A DNA stretch of 64,000 nucleotides, taken from positions 14,905,874-14,969,873 of the forward strand of contig OZ316899.1 in the NCBI GenBank assembly GCA_973895155.1, given 5' to 3'. The stretch is from Marsupella aquatica. Its lineage: Eukaryota; Plantae; Marchantiophyta. A program made the translations under genes and the position numbers. Below, piece by piece: positions 61,116 to 64,000 of the stretch. Below the pieces are notes generated by a model that worked only from the letters and a program-made list of their open reading frames with translations, had not been told where the DNA came from and ran no database searches. The first letter of the stretch is position 1, and the number at the start of each line of letters is the position of its first letter.

Positions 61116-64000
61116 TGTGGTGCGTCCCATGGCTCCCTAAACCCAAGAAACCCCCCAGCTCAAGCCGATTCCCGCAGGTTTCGCGCTTGGCGAGGCCGTT
61201 TCCGCGGCTTAGCGGCATGGGATGCTGCTAACCTTCTACTACTACTATTAACATTTTACACACATATACTGGACAGATCCTTCATCGGGTCATGAGATAC
61301 GTAGCCGGCCTAATCTAGGCCTTCCCCTGTCTTCCCCTCCATCTTGTTAGGTATGTTTGGATTCCGCCGCCGGAATGATCCCCAATAGGCTTGGTTAAGC
61401 CGCTAAGACCTCTCTCAGCTCAACACATCCAACTCTCACTCCCCTGCTTACTTTCCTTCCTTTTGGTTGATGTGGGCACTCTTCACACAAGTTAATGCGA
61501 CACACAAATAGCAAAATGACTCATTCTGACTGAGTCATACCATGCACTTGCCATACAAACAGTACATCTCATACACAAGCTCTGCGAACTAAGCCGTGAG
61601 GCCAACTCTATTCAGCTCTTAGGCATGAGGAAACATGAATATACACAAGGGTCACTGTATGACTAACCGAGAGCTTCTCGTACTACTTGATCCCAGCCCG
61701 GCTGGTGCAAACTAAAAACTTGCTAAAGAAGAGGCCCTGAGCTCCCCGCTGCCCAGGTACTTATCCTGGTAGTGGATCCGCCATTCTTTGCATCGTAAGC
61801 CTAATCTACTTAACAGTAATCTACTTGCCCGAATCTACCTATGTACAACAAGGCAGGAGCACAAGTGTTGCTCCTACCAGTGGGACCGCAATCCCACTAA
61901 GCTAAGTGTCAGGGCCGCTCCTGGTCTTGATCCTAATCTTAAACTTGGAGATCAGCGCCCGCCCTGCCCACTCACGCCTCCTCCCTCCACGTCCGCCCTC
62001 CCTAAAAGGAACGGCGCCATTGCACCGTCACGACACCGGTGGTGGATCCTTAATGGACGCCCCCAACGCTTCCTCCTCAGCCACTGCCGTAGGTTCATTT
62101 TCTGACAGATTACCTGCCCTTGACTGAGTCAACTCTCCATCGGCCTGACTGGGTCCACCATCGGCGTCGGCATCGGCTCGGGAATCGGTTACGGCCTCAG
62201 CCTCGGCTACGGTCTCCCCGGCCTGCTCAAGAGGCGGATCTGGAATACCGGCCTCATTACTGAGTAGTTCGGCTTGGGCCGCACCACCCCCACCTGTGAT
62301 GATAGCGGGATCTATTGTCGTATTCATGCCGGAGGATGGTGCTGGTTCTACCTCCTTGGTCACCACGGCTTGTGGAGTCGGATTACTCCTTGACCCTGAA
62401 GGTTTCCGCTTTTTCTTCTTTTCTGGTTCGGCAGCTGGTCCCTTCCCCTTCCCACTTACTTCCGGCACTGGTGCAGGTGGCGCGGCTTTTTCTTCGGCCA
62501 GTACCACTCCTGGTAACTTGGTTGCCCCAATTAGAGTTGGGCCTGATGAAGACAAGCACTTAAATACTGCGGCTTGTTTCTTCAGCCGCTCCGTTTGGTT
62601 GTCGGCCCGCCGCTGGAGGTTCTCCATCTTCCTCGTGATTTCCTCCAACTCCTCCTGGGTCTCATCCAGGTCCTTGCGTGTCTCCTCTAGTTCCTTCTGG
62701 GCTTCCTCCCGTTCTTGTTTCAAGGTAGTCCTCTCCTCCCGGGTTGCTCTTAGCTCCTTGTCGAGCTCTGCAATGATGACAGACTCCATCTGGTTCATCT
62801 TGGCGTAAGTCTGTTCGAGCATCTCGTCCTTCTCCCTTAGGTCGGCCTTGAAGCTGGCCGTCAGGGACGCAAGCTCCTGCTGCAGCGCCATAATCCCTTG
62901 ATAGGATTTCCCTAACTCGGCCTCCTTCTGCTCAAGGGCTCCGCGGATTTTCTCGAGCTCCCCCTTCAACGCCCATTCCTTTCTTTGGGTCTCCGCCATG
63001 GCCCGGCTGTTGGCTGTTATGTGGGCCTCCTCTGTATTCTTCAGCTCTTGCTTCCACTTCTCCCTCTCTTTGATCGTGTCGGCCAACTCTCCCTGCGTCT
63101 GAGTCAGTTTATCCTTGATATTCTGATTATCAGCCTGCGCGGTGTCCAACTGCCCCTGCATGATGTTCAGCTCATGCCGTTTAATCCGCAGTTCATCTTG
63201 GGCTTTCTTGGCCGCCCTTAGATCTTCAATCTCGGCTTCCATCCTCCTAAGCCGCCGAATGACCTCGTCCTTCTTGCTTCTCTCTAAAGCCACCGCTTCT
63301 TCTAATTGGTGCTTCTCCAACTGCTCCCTATGGAAAAAGGGTCCTACCTCCAACTCCTCTCCAAAGATGCCGAGCGCAAGTTCCCCACACATCTCACCAT
63401 ACTCCATGGCTCTATTCTTAGCGTAGGTGGAGTAAGTAGAAGTGATCGGCATCGCCCATCGCGGCCTCTGCTCCCAAGCCGTCCTGCAGATCTCTTCAAT
63501 CGTGGCTAGAGGTTTGCTTCCTTTTTCGGCTAGCCGCCTGATGTCCTCCGGCCAATCTCCTCCTGGTAAATCCTTTTCCCTAGCCAGGGCTGCCTCCTCT
63601 TCCTGCCTGATTCGCTCCTGAAATTCCTGCACCGTCTGTTTTATGCCGTCAAAGCTCGGGGGAGCAACATCTGGTGGGGGAGACTCAGGGCTACTCTGCT
63701 GGTTGGGGTCCCCTCGCACTACCCTTGGAAGTGTGGGGACAAACCGGCCACAGGTCCTTACTCCTGGAACGTGATGGTCCGACCCATAGCCGGAATTATC
63801 ATGGCTGCAGTCCTCCACTGCCTCCTCTACTTCTTGGACGTCCGGCTTCTCCCTCTCCTCTTCGTCGGTAGGAGCTTCAGGCAATTCTGCCTCAGATTTG
63901 GAGCTTGAGATTCCCACATACATTCGAACACCTGGCTTGGATTCCGGTCTGATTCTCTCCTTGTCTCCAGCAAAGGGGTTTTCTCTTGTGAGCCGGTGTA
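61116..64000 (-). mobile_element. Younger copy of the 31719-36786 ORF-bearing unit; runs off the window
   Basis: Reverse-complement homology begins exactly at the shared terminus (TGTGGTGCGTCCC); flank is ATTAG. Confidence 0.9.
62028..64000 (-). CDS. Intact accessory coiled-coil protein, 5'-partial (at least 656 aa)
   Basis: The 631-aa ORF stays open upstream to the window edge (HRLTRENPFAGDKERIRPESKPGVR-MYVG, matching SQLTRENPFTGAKERRRSEHELGVR-MYVG in copy 1). About 250 aa of heptads, a KKKKRKP basic patch and an acidic tail. Confidence 0.85.
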   Translation of the reverse strand, partial: HRLTRENPFAGDKERIRPESKPGVRMYVGISSSKSEAELPEAPTDEEEREKPDVQEVEEAVEDCSHDNSGYGSDHHVPGVRTCGRFVPTLPRVVRGDPNQQSSPESPPPDVAPPSFDGIKQTVQEFQERIRQEEEAALAREKDLPGGDWPEDIRRLAEKGSKPLATIEEICRTAWEQRPRWAMPITSTYSTYAKNRAMEYGEMCGELALGIFGEELEVGPFFHREQLEKHQLEEAVALERSKKDEVIRRLRRMEAEIEDLRAAKKAQDELRIKRHELNIMQGQLDTAQADNQNIKDKLTQTQGELADTIKEREKWKQELKNTEEAHITANSRAMAETQRKEWALKGELEKIRGALEQKEAELGKSYQGIMALQQELASLTASFKADLREKDEMLEQTYAKMNQMESVIIAELDKELRATREERTTLKQEREEAQKELEETRKDLDETQEELEEITRKMENLQRRADNQTERLKKQAAVFKCLSSSGPTLIGATKLPGVVLAEEKAAPPAPVPEVSGKGKGPAAEPEKKKKRKPSGSRSNPTPQAVVTKEVEPAPSSGMNTTIDPAIITGGGGAAQAELLSNEAGIPDPPLEQAGETVAEAEAVTDSRADADADGGPSQADGELTQSRAGNLSENEPTAVAEEEALGASIKDPPPVS

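Overview
Land-plant nuclear DNA, probably a bryophyte or liverwort-type genome (inferred from the transposon repertoire). It holds one host gene, a 6-exon SC35-like (SCL) SR splicing factor at 1079-4326, followed by about 59 kb of nested transposons whose boundaries I could mostly fix by target-site duplications (TSDs). These are: a very young Bianca-type Ty1/copia inside a TA-flanked TIR DNA transposon; a full-length decayed L1-type LINE with a 17-bp TSD; two decayed Tork/Tnt1-like copia copies; a Ty3/gypsy remnant; and several MITEs. Two observations stand out. (1) Several giant (2.4-5 kb) LTR-like units are present, most carrying their own large protein gene (a conserved N-terminal domain plus a long coiled coil). 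Three are TG..CA units with 5-bp TSDs, one directly abuts a PBS, and one copy has an intact ORF of at least 656 codons. The TG..CA units also share a short hairpin/splice-donor-like motif near one end. (2) Two unrelated LTR families have non-canonical AGT...ACT termini; one is supported by a perfect 5-bp TSD, both by an adjacent PBS, and one is linked to a gypsy gag-pol. All family assignments come from motif recognition by eye; no searches were run.
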